Assembly: GCA_905178155.1 (NCBI GenBank)
Contig: CAJINV010000011.1
Span: forward strand, 1,201,982-1,265,981
Length of the DNA stretch: 64,000 nt
Origin: Amoebophrya sp. A120
Lineage: Eukaryota; Protista; Dinoflagellata
Direction: 5' to 3'
Positions 49,722 through 62,230 of this stretch are shown piece by piece; the stretch's first letter is position 1, and the number at the start of each line of letters is the position of its first letter. The position numbers and the translations under genes are program-made. Under the pieces are notes generated by a model that saw only the letters and a list, made by a program, of their open reading frames with translations, was not told the origin of the DNA and made no database searches.

Positions 49722-52700
49722 ATGTTTGACACCATGAGACCTCCCACAGCATCCCGATCACCCACCACGACGAGCGAGATCTTTTTGTACTAAGCAGGAC
49801 GTCGCGTCGTGTGTTGAAAACACGATTTTATTCCCTGGTCATTTTTGAGACCTGAAGACCGCGAGGATCAGACACCGATCTTCACTTCGCCCGTCATGCC
49901 GTCGATCAGCGTGGATTCCATGCGGATCGACGAGATCGAGCAGTCGCTGGAAAAGAACCCGACGCAAACGGCGCTGTGGCTGCGATACGCGAAACACTGG
50001 GAGAACACCGACGAGGTCAACGCGCTTGCCGTGTATAACGATGCGGTCCGGCGTTGCCCGCACGTGGAACTGTGGCGGCAGTACATCGAGTACTGCAAGC
50101 GGTGCGTCACGGTGAAAGGCGTCGTTGCAGTCATGCACGCGGCGATCGACGTGATATCCCACGACCACCGATGCGGGGATTTTTATGCAATGCAAATTTC
50201 CTGTACATGTACAAAATGCATCACAAATTATGTCACAACCAACTTGGAGGATGCCATTTGTCTTGCTGAATAGGATTCAGTGAAAGCTTTGTCATGCAGA
50301 AACCGCATTTGTACGTCGTGTACGGGAAATGTGCTGTGGATAATTTGTTTCAGGAGTACATCGCGCTGCTGAAAGCCGTGTGGAACTACCAGTACAAGTA
50401 CTATGCATTGCAAAAGTATCGTACTAGTATAAATCGCATGACAAATTTCCTCAGCATGACAAATGGAATTTCTCATGCTGGTTTGCCGCAAAACAAAGAT
50501 TTGTAATGCATAACAGCAATGACTACGAGTGCGATACTTTTGCAGTGCATAAGTACCGAGACGAACTGATTCTAGACGACTACGACCCTGCTTTGTTACT
50601 GGGCGACCCAGACGCGGATGCGGCAAAACTGGCGGAAGAGGAAACGGAACTTGCGAACAAGTGCGGCGGGCACATCCCGCTCACGCACGACGAGGACGAG
50701 TCCATTAAGTGGATCGCGAAAAAAGCTCCCTCCGACAGCTACATATCGGTCAAGACGAGGCTGTCCCTGGAGCACATCCGAAGGCTATCGAGACAGGTAC
50801 AGCTACTTGGTATATTCTAATGCTGGATGTAGTTGGGTGTGGACGTTTTTTTATTTCAGATTCCCATTCCATGTTGGAAGTCGTGGAACTTGTTTTACAT
50901 GAACGGAGCAGTTGCTGTTGCAGTCTGCAGAACGTACCATACGCTTATGACCGTAGTGGATGTTGAAGATACTTCGCCATCCTTTTTTTAGTTGCGATAC
51001 AGCACGACCGCGATTCTTGCGACCTGTTCTGACTTGAGAGCATTTTTGACAGGTTGTACTTGTCATGCAATTTTTAATGTCACACGATCTTGTTGCCATA
51101 TTAAAATGACTATCAGGCCTGCACCAGTCCTTCTTCCTGCGTCGACAAGATTGTGAAAGCTTACGAAACGTTCGAGGACAAGCTGATCGGGCACAAACAT
51201 TCCCTCTCCAACACGATGGACAGGGAGGGTGTCGTGAAGGAATTTTACCACAAAATCACCAACGCGAAAAACGTCTACCAGAAACTCGAAAAACTGTACC
51301 AAAACGTCGACACGCTGACCATCCCCCAACCCGAAGTCTCCGTTTTGTCCAAAACCCCCTCGAAATCGACGAACCAACTGCTCAAATGGGCGGAACTACT
51401 GTCCAATTGCGAGCAGATCGTGCAATTTGAGCGCGGGAACCCGTTGAAGCTCGAGGTCGCGGATTACCAAACGCGAGTGATTTTCCTGTACCAAAACATG
51501 CTTCTAATCACCTCCTGCTTTGCCGACTTCTGGTACAGCTTCTACCAGTTTCTCTACACCTTTTCTCCGGTGAAAGCCTTGCAGGTTTTGAAAATCGCCT
51601 GCGAGAAACTCCCCAACGATTTGTTCCTGCGGTTGAGTTACATCACCAATTTCGAGGAGCTGATCTACAAGAAGCACTTCAACGCGACGTTGCTCGGCGA
51701 TGTGATGAACAGCCAAGCAAGCACTTCCGGCTCTTATCAAATGCAAATATGTCTAGGTCAGGAAGATTGCTGAGGTTTGTGATGCTGTGTCTGCTTGACA
51801 CAGAAGGTGTGCCATGCAAGGCTTAGCATCACAGGTTTTGAGACGGTTTTCCAATGCCTAATCCGCATGACAAATGCCTTCTTTCGGCGACAGGAAAAAG
51901 AGCTTCATCTTTTGCTGTCCAAGCATGACAGATTTTTGTGTGGTCTAAGTATGCATCACAAGTTCGCATCCTTACACAAGACCCAGACATATTTGCAATC
52001 AATAGCTCTCTCCATGAAGCGATCTTCGACATTGAGAATTCGCCGGAATATGCGACGCTGTTGAAAGATATGGATTTGGTGCTGCAGAAAACGGCGAAGC
52101 AGAAAAATAATCCCGACGATCCGGACAAAATCGAGTTTGATTTTGACGAGGAGGATCCGGAAATCGAGATCCCCCACACCTCGAAGTTCCGCCAAGGGAG
52201 CAGCAAGGAGCAGAAATACAAACTCGTTTTCACGTTGTACGAGAAACTTTTGCAAGAGCCGTTCTTCGAGGGGGAGCAGTACGCGCTGGTCATCATCCAT
52301 TTTTTGAATTTCATCCGTCGCCAAGCGGGTCCCGACCAGTGGCGGGATTATTTGTTGAAAAAAGTCTTCATCAACAACCACCAAAAGTTGACCTGGGAAG
52401 TGTACGCCAGTCAGGCGTTGGTGGAATACCACTGCTTCGGGGAGAGGGATCGCTGTGCGCAGATTTACAAAATCGGTATTAAACAACTTCTTCGTCTTGG
52501 TATTGCTATTGGATCATGACGGCTAGTTCTTCTGTTATTGATGCTGATCAACATGAGATTTTGCTTTTATTTTTGCAGACCTACACTAACGCTGGAAATT
52601 GATGCAGTTTCGGTTTCCAGCAAATTAAAACCTCACGAATTCTTCTATACAGCCCTAGACCGCTTCCGCACGGTGGAGACTTTTGAGCCGTCTTTAGTTG

Positions 52701-55700
52701 CGTCCTTCGTCAACTTTCTGATTTCGGTCAACGATTTAGCCGCCGCCCGGGACGAACTTACCCTGGCCATGCAGAAGTGCTACAAACTCCTCCGCGAGAT
52801 TCAGCACAAATCCGACAACCGAAACCAGAAGGACAAGCGGGTCCAAACCGAGAAGCAGAAACTGGGGCAGGGCTTTAAGTTTCTCTTTGAGAAATTGATC
52901 CGATTACAGCAGTATCAAATGCAAATATGTCTGAGTCAGGAAGATGTCATGCTGTTTTTGCATGACGCAGAAGGTCTGGCATGGAAGCCGTAGCATCACA
53001 GGTTTCGAGAAGGTTTCGCAATGCCTAATCCGCATGACAAATCCCGCACTTCGGTGACAGGAAGTGGACATCTTTTGCTGCCTATGCATGAGAGATTTGC
53101 GTGTGTTGTGAAATGCGCATCACAAGTTCACATCCTTCCAGACCCTGACATATTTGCAGTGCATAAGCAGTCCTACGGCGACGACCAAGATTCCTTTACG
53201 AAGATTCTGTATGCACTGCAAAAGTAACGCACTAGTATGAATCGCATCACAGATTTGCTCAGCATGTGCATGATATAAATTGAGTTTGTAATGCTGATTA
53301 GCGTAGTAGAGATGTAGATCTGTCATGCATGAATGCGATTCGTACGAGTGCGATGCTGTTGCAGTGCATAGTCTGCAGCAAAAAAACCAGTTTCTCCTCG
53401 AGTCGGTCCCCGACGTGGCGCTGGTGCAAGCGGAGAGCTTAGTCGGCGACCATATTCTGTCTGACGCGCACGAGGACGCGGCGATCAACGCGTTTTTGAA
53501 CGACACCCTGACGACCATGCTGCACGTCAGCGGCGATCCGACCGACCCGGCAGCTGGTAGGATTTTTTATAAGTACTTGTCTTCTGGATGTGGTCGTTCT
53601 TGTTCTTCGCTCTGCCGTGTGTAGAAGTCTCGAAAGAGAGGAAGTAGTTCCTCTGTCTCTATGTGACATTGACATTCTGCAGCTCCAGGATATAAATTTC
53701 TAACGTCGAAAAAACATCACTATCAGCCTTCGAGGACGAATTCCAGCAATTTCAGCAGCAACAGCAGCAGCAACAACAGGGTGGAAAGAAGGGACGGGGG
53801 AAGCGGCAAAAGGGAAAGACGTTGTCCCACTACGACATGCGGGACGCGTTTCACAGCGACAAAATCATCCACACCTACCACCTCGACCAGGACTACAACC
53901 GACCCAACTTCTTGCGCGCGAACCTGCTCAGCTCCATACTGCAGCCGGGTGCGAACAGTTTCTTCTCCTGCAGCTCCGTGCTCCCCTTCGCCGAGGCGCA
54001 AAGCAGGTATGTTGTGATATACAATGAATCACGACTTCCTCTACTGACAATTATGAAGACACTATGTTTATGCAGCTACGTCGGAGAGCGGCGGCGCCGC
54101 CGTGTGAAGATGGTGCGTGTCAATGTTTATAACAACTCAAGAAAATCAAATTTTCCTTTATCCGCCATAGGTTCAAGTTCCAACACCTGACCCCCAACAC
54201 CAACAAACTGAACCCAGTCGCGTCGAAGAATTTTGACAAGTACAAGAAAGCCACCGACGCCCAGGAGGAGAAAGAAAAGGAGAAGGAAAAGCAGGAGCAG
54301 CGGAATAACCGAGGCAGAAACAGGAACAACAAACACAACGACCGCAATAATAATAACCAGGGTGCTGGCGGCGGCGGGCTCCTCACGGTCGGCCAGGTTC
54401 GGAGCAAATCCGGCTCTTTCGCCGAGGACGCAGAAAATTCGAAGGAGGTTGTTTCGAGCAAGGCCGCCGCGAAGACAACTGCAGCTGGGAATAAAACCAC
54501 AGGAAATAATCTGCTAAACAAGGAGGGCTCAGCTGCATCCGGCGCGGAAGGTGAACAGGATCAGGATCAGATTGCGCTGATGGTGAAGCAACGCATGTTG
54601 GCACAGTTTGAGGACAGCGATGACGACTTGATGCAGGGAATCAACTTTCGGGACGAGGAAGTAGACGTAAACACCGCCACGAAGAAAAAGCCCGCTGCGG
54701 CCCCGAAAAACCGCGTAACCCGACCGGACACGGCGCGGATGCACGCGTTTAACCCCATGAACGCGGTGCAGATTGCTTCGGCGGGACAGAACCTGGGCCA
54801 AGTGTCGAACATTTTGCCGAAGGTCTTGCTGGACCTCCAGCAAATGCTACCGAAGCACAAGGTTTGTCATTCTCTACTTGCTTTTTAGTTTTTTATTCAT
54901 TCTGCGTTTGCGTATACGCTTTTGCTTATGCTAGAAGATGCCTCTTGGTCTTGAAGGTGGTAGATTTATTGGAGAGTGAGTAGATGAAGTACAAGACACA
55001 GTCGCAGATTGACTATATACTTTTTTTTGTTCCTGCTCGACAAAAACCCGCTTTTTTTCCTATCGCGACCCACATACTATCAAAAAGAAATGTCCTCCAC
55101 ACCTAACCTCACAGCAGGTGCTGAAGGGATCAGCCCCGGACGTGGACTACATCATGAGCGTACTGCAGACGGTTGAGGTTCCCGAGCTTCCCCTCGACCA
55201 GTTCTGCAAGGCGCAACCGGACCCGGGCAGCGGGTTGGGCGGCCGAAGCAAGGACGCCGGGTTTATGGGCGGCCTCGGCGGCGGCTTGTTCGGCGGCGCG
55301 GGCGCGCGGGTCACGTCCCTGGACGAAAACACCGGGATGATGCACGCCGTCGGTGGCTCCGTACACAACTTTTTGATCGAAGGCGCGGTGGATGAAAGCA
55401 GGTTGGATTTGATCTTGATTTCGCAGCTGTTTTATATTTTCTTCTACTGGATATAGATGCTCATGGTGTAGTCTGTAGTCGCAGCTGCATGCAGCTCCAT
55501 GACATGTTGACACATGTGTGGCGCTTGTGCTTTCACGAAGATTTCTGCATGGTGTAAAACAATAGACCCGGCGGCGTGGTCCCAATCGCTCATGTATTGA
55601 TATGGTCAACATATGAACACCAGGTACCGAATACGCGGGGCCGGCACGGGGCAATCCGCTGCGCTGCGCGAGCCCCGTCGGGTGAAAAAGGCTCCCGGCG

Positions 55701-55828
55701 GTGCGAAAAAGGAGGAACCCGGGGAAAGTGACCACGAAGCAAACGCGGAAATGTCGGCCATGCGGGAGAGGCTGAATGTGAAAAGACGCAAGGTTCAAGA
55801 TATCGTCAAGGCGGAGATCGGGGCTTGA
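49722..55828 (+). CDS. CSTF3: Cleavage stimulation factor 77 kDa / RNA14 (HAT/Suf repeats); multi-exon with five introners plus GT-AG introns
   Basis: HAT repeats (LWLRYAK, LWRQYIEY, FERGNPL, WEVYASQALVEY). RFKFQHLTP, RPDTARMHAFNP and LP...KGSAPDVDYIM match the CstF-77 C-terminal motifs. The start codon is inferred. Confidence 0.88.
50184..50342. mobile_element. TIR introner (159 bp) with a degenerate TIR
   Basis: TATGCAATGCAAATTTCCTGTACA...TGTACGGGAAATGTGCTGTGGATA; TSD ATTTT/ATTTG. Confidence 0.85.
50402..50551. mobile_element. TIR introner, family B (150 bp), reverse orientation relative to 19232
   Basis: TATGCATTGCAAAAGTATCGTACTAG...CGATACTTTTGCAGTGCATA; TSD AGTAC. Confidence 0.93.
51735..52004. 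mobile_element. TIR introner, family F (270 bp)
   Basis: TATCAAATGCAAATATGTCT...AGACATATTTGCAATCAATA; TSD GCTCT. Confidence 0.9.
52913..53165. mobile_element. TIR introner, family F (253 bp)
   Basis: TATCAAATGCAAATATGTC...GACATATTTGCAGTGCATA; TSD AGCAG. Confidence 0.92.
53210..53370. mobile_element. TIR introner, family B (161 bp)
   Basis: TATGCACTGCAA...TTGCAGTGCATA; TSD TTCTG/GTCTG. Confidence 0.9.
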
Positions 55829-56259
55829 GTGCTGGGAGATGAATGGCCGCGATGCATTCATTTTTGAATGGCCTGGAATGAAATAAAGTGGACTTCTCGT
55901 TTTCCAATCTTGAGTATTAAGCCCGATCGAGATCCAAATAAGAGCAAATAATTTTTGGCAATTTCAATTTAGAAAATAAAGAAAACGATAAGCGACGAAA
56001 ATCTAAGTAGCGACTTTCAAATCTGATTTCTGAGCCCATGGAAAGTCAGACAGTATAGATGGGTGGTACATCATGGACGTCACCATCATCATACGAATAG
56101 ATACGAAAGTATACACATCCGATATGGAGGAGAATACCATCGGACGCCTAATTTTTACCCATGGGAAGCCAGAATGCGCCGATGCTGGTAGCAAATTTCA
56201 TTTCGTCTCACGTAGCTACTTGCGGTGTTCTTGTGTTTTCCGGACGACAAACTTCTTTT

Positions 56260-58350
56260 AAGATTGTGCCTTGACGGCCTGCTGCGGCATCAAAAAAAGG
56301 CCAGGACTTTCACCACAGGCACGCGCCAAGAGCCGCCGGGCGGGGCTCTGTGAGCTCAAGAAGAGAGAGCAAAGGCGCCGGAGTACCAGAGCAGACCCGG
56401 CGCGCCCCTTCCCCTGGGGTGGCGAGGAGCCCCAGCCCTGTGCGCGGGCGCCCCTGCCTTTGAGTGGCGCGCCGCGCGCCGGCCGTGGCTCGCTGCGAAG
56501 CCAGGCCAGGCCATGGGCGCTCCCCGCGCCTGCTGGTTCGGCAGCGGGGTAAATTAATGGGCGCCAGCCCCGGAGGCCTTCGGTGTTCTGACGCATTTCC
56601 GGAGCAGCCGCGCCAAAGCTGCTCGCTTCGCTTTATATATTCGCCCCGGCGGGCCACTTGTCCAGAGCGTGGGTGCACGGCAGAGGAGAAAGTCGCCGGC
56701 CGCACGGTCGCGGGCGCTGTTTGCGGCGATGTGGCGCAGCTCCCCGCCGTATGCCACCGCCATGGCGCGCCCGCACGGGCCGGCTGATGTCCCAGACCGG
56801 CGGGCACGGCAGTTGCTTGCGGGCCTTTTGTTGAGTTGTTCGACGTCGGCCGGGCGGCCCGTGCTACGTACCGGGGGCGGCGGGGCTCTTCAAGTACCAG
56901 CGCCGCACCGGAAAGCGTTAGGCGCGCGGCCCTGTGTTGCGCCCTCGATTGCGGGGTCGCAGGCGCTGCCTCGCCCGCGGGTGCGGTGTCGCAAGTTTGG
57001 CGGGCCCGGGGTGGTTTTGGGGGGCCTGCCCCCCGGCCCCGGCAGGCGCTGCCTTCTTTTTCGAAGGTGCTAGCTGCGCGCGCGGCCGCTTGGCGCAGGC
57101 GGCGGGCAGGCGCGGGGGCCAGAAGGGGCGCCGGGCCCTTGGCTCCGGGGGCGGTGTGGCTCCGGGCCCGAGCGGGGCGGGCGAAGTGGTGGCGCCCTGA
57201 TGTTGGCCGGGCGGGCCCATGGGGCCGGCGCCGGAAAGCGTCGCCGCAGCACACACTCGCCGCCGGCCGGATTGGGCTCCCAGGTGCGTGGCCGAGCAGT
57301 TGTGGCCCAGGCTGGACGGCTATCATTGGGCAACGAATTGCATAAGGGCGCGGCGCTTCTGTGTCGCTCACAACCACGCCCCCAGCGCCGCTCGCAGGCG
57401 CGATGCCGATGTGGATGGAGTGTTGCCGGCCGCAGCAGGGGAGGGCGGAGGTGTGCCGCCAGCAGGATGGGGCGCGCAGGGCGGGGCGCGCCGCCGGCAG
57501 TTCGGCAGGCAGCAGCAGGGAAGGGCGGAGGTGTGGCCGGCCGTTGTCCCTATGAAAGAGGGCAGCCCGCCGCGATCGAGGTGCGCGGCCTGGCCCCCGC
57601 GGGCATGGGCGGCGCCATCGTTGTCGTGCAAAAAGAGCGCGCGGGCCGGGCGGGTTCAAAGGTAGGGCCGGCCGCCCGCTTCGGACGATTTCCAATCCCG
57701 GGGCCGGCCGGCAGCAGGGCGAGCCTTCGCCCGGCCCGGCACGCACGATGGTCGTCGTCGGCAAAACCTGCGTACGCAAGTGCCTTGCTGTGGGGAAAGT
57801 AAGGCCCCTTAGAGACGGGCCGACGAGCGGGCGCCCTCGGAGGGCGCAAAGGAGACAACAGGAGCGCGCGCGCGCCCTTGGCCGTCGCCTCGCTGGCTCC
57901 GCTGCGTGCGTGGCTGGCCCGTTGCTTGTTTCTGTTGCCGCGCGTGCGCGGCCGGCGCCCGGCCCGCCGGTTGGCTGCCCCGTAGCGCCGCAGACATGCG
58001 CCCTCCCTCGTCTTTGCCCCGTCGTCTTGTTGGGGTTGTTGTTGGGGGGGAGGGTGCCGCTTCGTGTTTCATCCCCCTCCCGCCTTTTGGCTGCGGGCGC
58101 GCGCCCGCCGCCGGCCGCCCCCTCTACGTCACTCCCCGCTGGGTGGCGTGGCCCCTCCCTCGGGGGCCGCCGGGCGGACCGCGGGGTGTGTGTCCGTGTT
58201 GGAACGCCACCGACCCTGCGTCGTCAGCAGCCATGGATTTGTGTTTGCTGGCTCGCTCGCGCGCCTTTCGATATGTTGGCAGGGACGCACCCCGCGCCCG
58301 CTATCCGAAACCGCAGGCACGCCTGGCGAGCAAGTTTGGTCCTCCGTGTT
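56260..58350. other. Very GC-rich, apparently non-coding island
   Basis: Abrupt compositional shift. ORFs in all frames are R/A/P/G-rich shadows with no recognisable motif. Confidence 0.7.
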
Positions 58351-59084
58351 GGCTTTGCCTTTGCGTATATACTACGTACTCAGCTGCAGCGACGCTCTGT
58401 CTGTTCTTTGTTTGTACAGGAAAATGACAATGAGTGTGATCCGTCATTCTCATTGCAGCTAGGCTCTGCCTCGCGTAGATGTACTGTACTTGGTTAGGCC
58501 CAACCCCATGGCCGATAGGGCGATTACCCCCGCCGAGGTCAGGGATAGCGATCACCCGAATCCAGGTCTTCTCCGTCAGGTTCCTTCGTATTATTGGCAA
58601 CCAGTTAGAAAGACCAAGATCTACTCCTATATATTCATGCTGTGGCTCGTGTTGGTCCTAGTAGTTGGTCAAAGATCGAAGCCGTTGCAGTTGAAGTTGT
58701 ATATATGATTGTTCAGACTTCTGTTCGCAGCAAGAAGTCACTGCTCTGTTTGACTTTATCTTGGCTGTATTTTCACAGATCCTAGGGAAAGGTGAAGACC
58801 AGAACTTCCTCGCCAAGAAAGATTTCTTGTTGCGCAACAGTCTATCACTCTGGATATGGAAGGCTGGAGGCGAAGGCGCCATGATATAACTACAAGCTTC
58901 GCAAGAACAAGAAGTCGATAAAAAGATACAAAAAAAGAATATGCGGAGTCCACGTCGGGATATCTTCGTCAGTTGCAAGCCGCCCGTTTAGTTTTACCTA
59001 TTGCCCAAGAGCTGCAGTAACTTAAAAACGAAAACCTTCTAGACACTCACGTTAAAATAAAGTCACTATATCAAGCACACCATC

Positions 59085-61239
59085 ATGGACAACGTGATGG
59101 GTCGCCGCAAGGGCGACCACTTTGAACGGTGGGACCCCAAGTATTTTCGCGAATTGGAAGAAACGAGGTACGGCTTTCTCGCCCAGTGCGACTACATCGT
59201 GCGGTTTCTCTATGGGAGCGTCAGGATCGAAATCGACAAAGTTGAAATAATTTGCCATGCATAAAATGCAAGGCATGAAGTGCCTGTCTTGCCGGGATGG
59301 CAAGTGGGGCAGATTGTGAGCCTATTGAGGGTTTGGGATAGAGCTGCTAAAGGAGCATGACAAAAGCAGTCTTCTGTGCCAAAACAGCATGACAGATTGG
59401 ATTTCGGTGCTCCGAAAATTTGTCATGCGCCGCTTGCTAAGTGAAAGTGGGTCGCCAACTGGTATCGGTTTTATGCATTACAAACTTTGACGATTTCGAT
59501 CCTGACACTCCCATATTATCGCGTTGTGCGTAAAGGACACTTTTTGGTTCTGTTGGAACGCGTCCACGCGGTATTTTTTCCACAGCGTGCCCTTCGAAGC
59601 GGACCAGTTATGGGAAAAGGAAGTGGAGGGAAGGAGAAAAGAGGAAAGCGAAACAGAAAAACAAAAACTACGCACTCATGATGCAAATAAAACAGAAGGC
59701 AAAACCGATGGTGACCAGACGCTGGCTTCGCCACCCGCAACAGCGAAGTCATCGAAGATGAACCAGGTCAACAGAAGTCGCGATGACACGACGAGCGAGC
59801 ACCAAGGTCATAGGGATCATGTCGAAAACGCGTCAGCCAGTGCCACTTCCTCAGGACCGACGAAGTCATCGGCGCAGGACGAGGCGGGTTCAACAGTTGG
59901 CTCTACTCCTGCAGCTTCACATTCATCCCCTTCCCCGAATGAAGATTCCGTCAACGTCAACAAGCTCACAGCAGATGTTGATTCCGACACCATGCAGGCG
60001 GAACTCGCTCAAAACTCGCCGGCAAGACGAAGGAGTGCATCCAAATCTTCGAAGAAAAAAGGAAGCACGACCACCTTGTTCATCCTGCGTGCACTCACCG
60101 TCTTTGCCCGACTCGTCATATTCCTCGTAGCTTTCGTCTACATTAATGTCAACGACTTTGCGACCAAGCAAACCAAAGAAGAAATAACGAGGAACGCATC
60201 TTCAATCTCCAGCCGGCTGAAGCGCTTCTTTCTGAACGTTCTGTACCGAGCGAAAGTCATCCTTTGCCATGTTTCCAGCCTCTGGGAAAACGAGATGTCC
60301 CCAAAAATCGAGGGGCTGCGACGCAATTACAAGAAGTCCTGGCGGGTGACGGACCGAAAGTTTTGGGAGGTGGTCGTTTTCCGGCACAGTTACTTGACCT
60401 CGACGAAAAACGATCCTGCTCCGGAGGGCCAGTACCAAATCAGCCGCTGGACAATTTTGGACAAACACGCGCAGGTGCACTTCCGCGCGAGACGCTTGTC
60501 GCAGTGGCTGTGGGTGAACAGTGGCAGGGTCGTGCGGTTCTGGCTGCTGCTGTGCATAGCGCAGGTTTTGTTTGCGGGCTCGAAGCGGGTGATCTTCGCA
60601 AGCCTTGTGGATATCGTGGGAGGAACAGGAATATCCTCGTCGCATTCTACAAAGAACAGAGCAGCTGATCATGACATTTCGATCCTCAAATGGGCACTCA
60701 CTTCTACGGATGAACCGGGCCGCCTGATTTTTGACGATTTCGCGGAGTTTTTAGGGACGAGTTCCGGCGGGTTTTTACACACGTTCATCTCTCCGCCCAC
60801 AGCTGCTTCCACCACCGATGGCACAAGTTTCATGCTTTCCGCCTACACGATCTTCCTAGAAAATTTTAACGTTCCTGCCGCTGAAGGTCAGCTACGGTCT
60901 TACCTCGCAATTGTCTACAACCTGCTCACGCTCGTTTTCGCGATTGGTACCCATTTTACCCTGACCGCCGTCGGAGCAGGGGTGCGCGTGTTGAGCTTCG
61001 CGTTAAAGGCGGTTTTGTTCTACGAAAACATCTTCCTCAACGCAGTGTGGAATCACTATTGGACGTCTGTTGTGCCGTTACTCTTTGCGACCCGTCTTAT
61101 CTTCGATATGAGTTCCCATTGCAACGGTTTATGTAGTGCGCCGTTCCAATTCATCGAGAGTGATGCGGAAAAGAAGGCGAAGAAAAAGAGAAGTTGGTGG
61201 ACCAGTTACGGAAGAAAAAATTATTGGTCCTCCTGGTAA
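59085..61239 (+). CDS. Hypothetical membrane protein; exons 59085-59210, 59521-61239 (a possible extra last exon 61986-62019 via a GTAAG donor at 61236)
   Basis: MDNVMGRR...YIVRF joins ALCVKDTFW after introner removal; several TM segments. Confidence 0.7.
59211..59515. mobile_element. TIR introner, family A (305 bp)
   Basis: TATGGGAGCGTCAGGATCGAAATCGACAAAGTT...AACTTTGACGATTTCGATCCTGACACTCCCATA; TSD TTCTC/TTATC. Confidence 0.92.
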
Positions 61240-62230
61240 GTTCTACAACTCGAACTCAAGTGGCCGCATTTATGTATAACGAAATGCGGCACTCACTCCC
61301 ACTATGTGTAGAGCACATCAAATTGCAAGCGAACAAGGACGACAAAGTATTGGAGCTGTGAAAATGTTGCCCTTTTTTCTGGGAAACTCTGTCTAGCGAA
61401 CAAAGTGCCGAAAACTGTGTGAAAAATGTGGTAAGAAAAACCACAAGCAGTAGGGTGCCAGCAGGAGATCCCTAGACCTGAAATAACGGTCTGTTCGCCT
61501 CGAAGTCCGTACTATCCAGATTTACATGAATGAATGATAATTGTGATCCGATCGATCTCCAACTACGTGTACGTTCCGAGCACAGGAGTTCCTCATATGT
61601 CAGTCTGATCCCAGTGGAGTCGTTCGCATGAACTGACGATCACGACAAGAGTGGTTCTTTCTTACTGATGAAAAGATGAATAAGCACTAATGAACCAGAT
61701 AATCTCCACCTTGTCCTTCTTCACAATCACCGAGCGGATCCAAAATGTGTCAGTGTCTGAAAATCTTCATGACGATAAAGGGAGACACAAAAATTCAACA
61801 TGGAATTCAGTGTCAATGTTGACGCCAACGGCCTCCGTTGGTGCTCCTTGTGGATCAAAAAATATGATGATCCCGAAGAAGAACCTTAGACGACCATGTC
61901 TAGTATGTCAACAAATCGAAGTCTGAATCGATGTGATTGCAAGGTGGATATGATTTTTGCTCGTAATTTTACTTTTTTCCTGCAGGATCTGGATCGATCG
62001 CCAGAAGGTGAAGGATTAGAATTAGAAAGCGTAGCACAGAAAGTGAAACTACAAGCGAGGAAGGCCAGAAGAAGATCATGTTAACATAGATTACGTTCGG
62101 GTACGCGCAACATATGCTATACAAGGTCTGAACGTAAAAGGAACGCGCCGTCTACTGCTATCAATTAGAGCACGACGCTTCATCGTATTTTTCTGTGTAA
62201 CGAGTAAAAACCTTCCACTAACTCACGACC

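Noticed and set aside
49787-49849. Additional introner in the first CstF-77 intron (TTTTG repeat, TAC start)
   Set aside because: No clear TIR or RTA end; a 63-nt GT-AG intron explains it in frame.
56310-57779. 489-aa minus-strand ORF and overlapping ORFs
   Set aside because: Stop-codon scarcity is expected at this GC content; R/A/P/G-rich with no motif.
58490-58600. Hammerhead or HDV-like ribozyme
   Set aside because: Hairpin-rich, but the conserved catalytic cores were not found on either strand.
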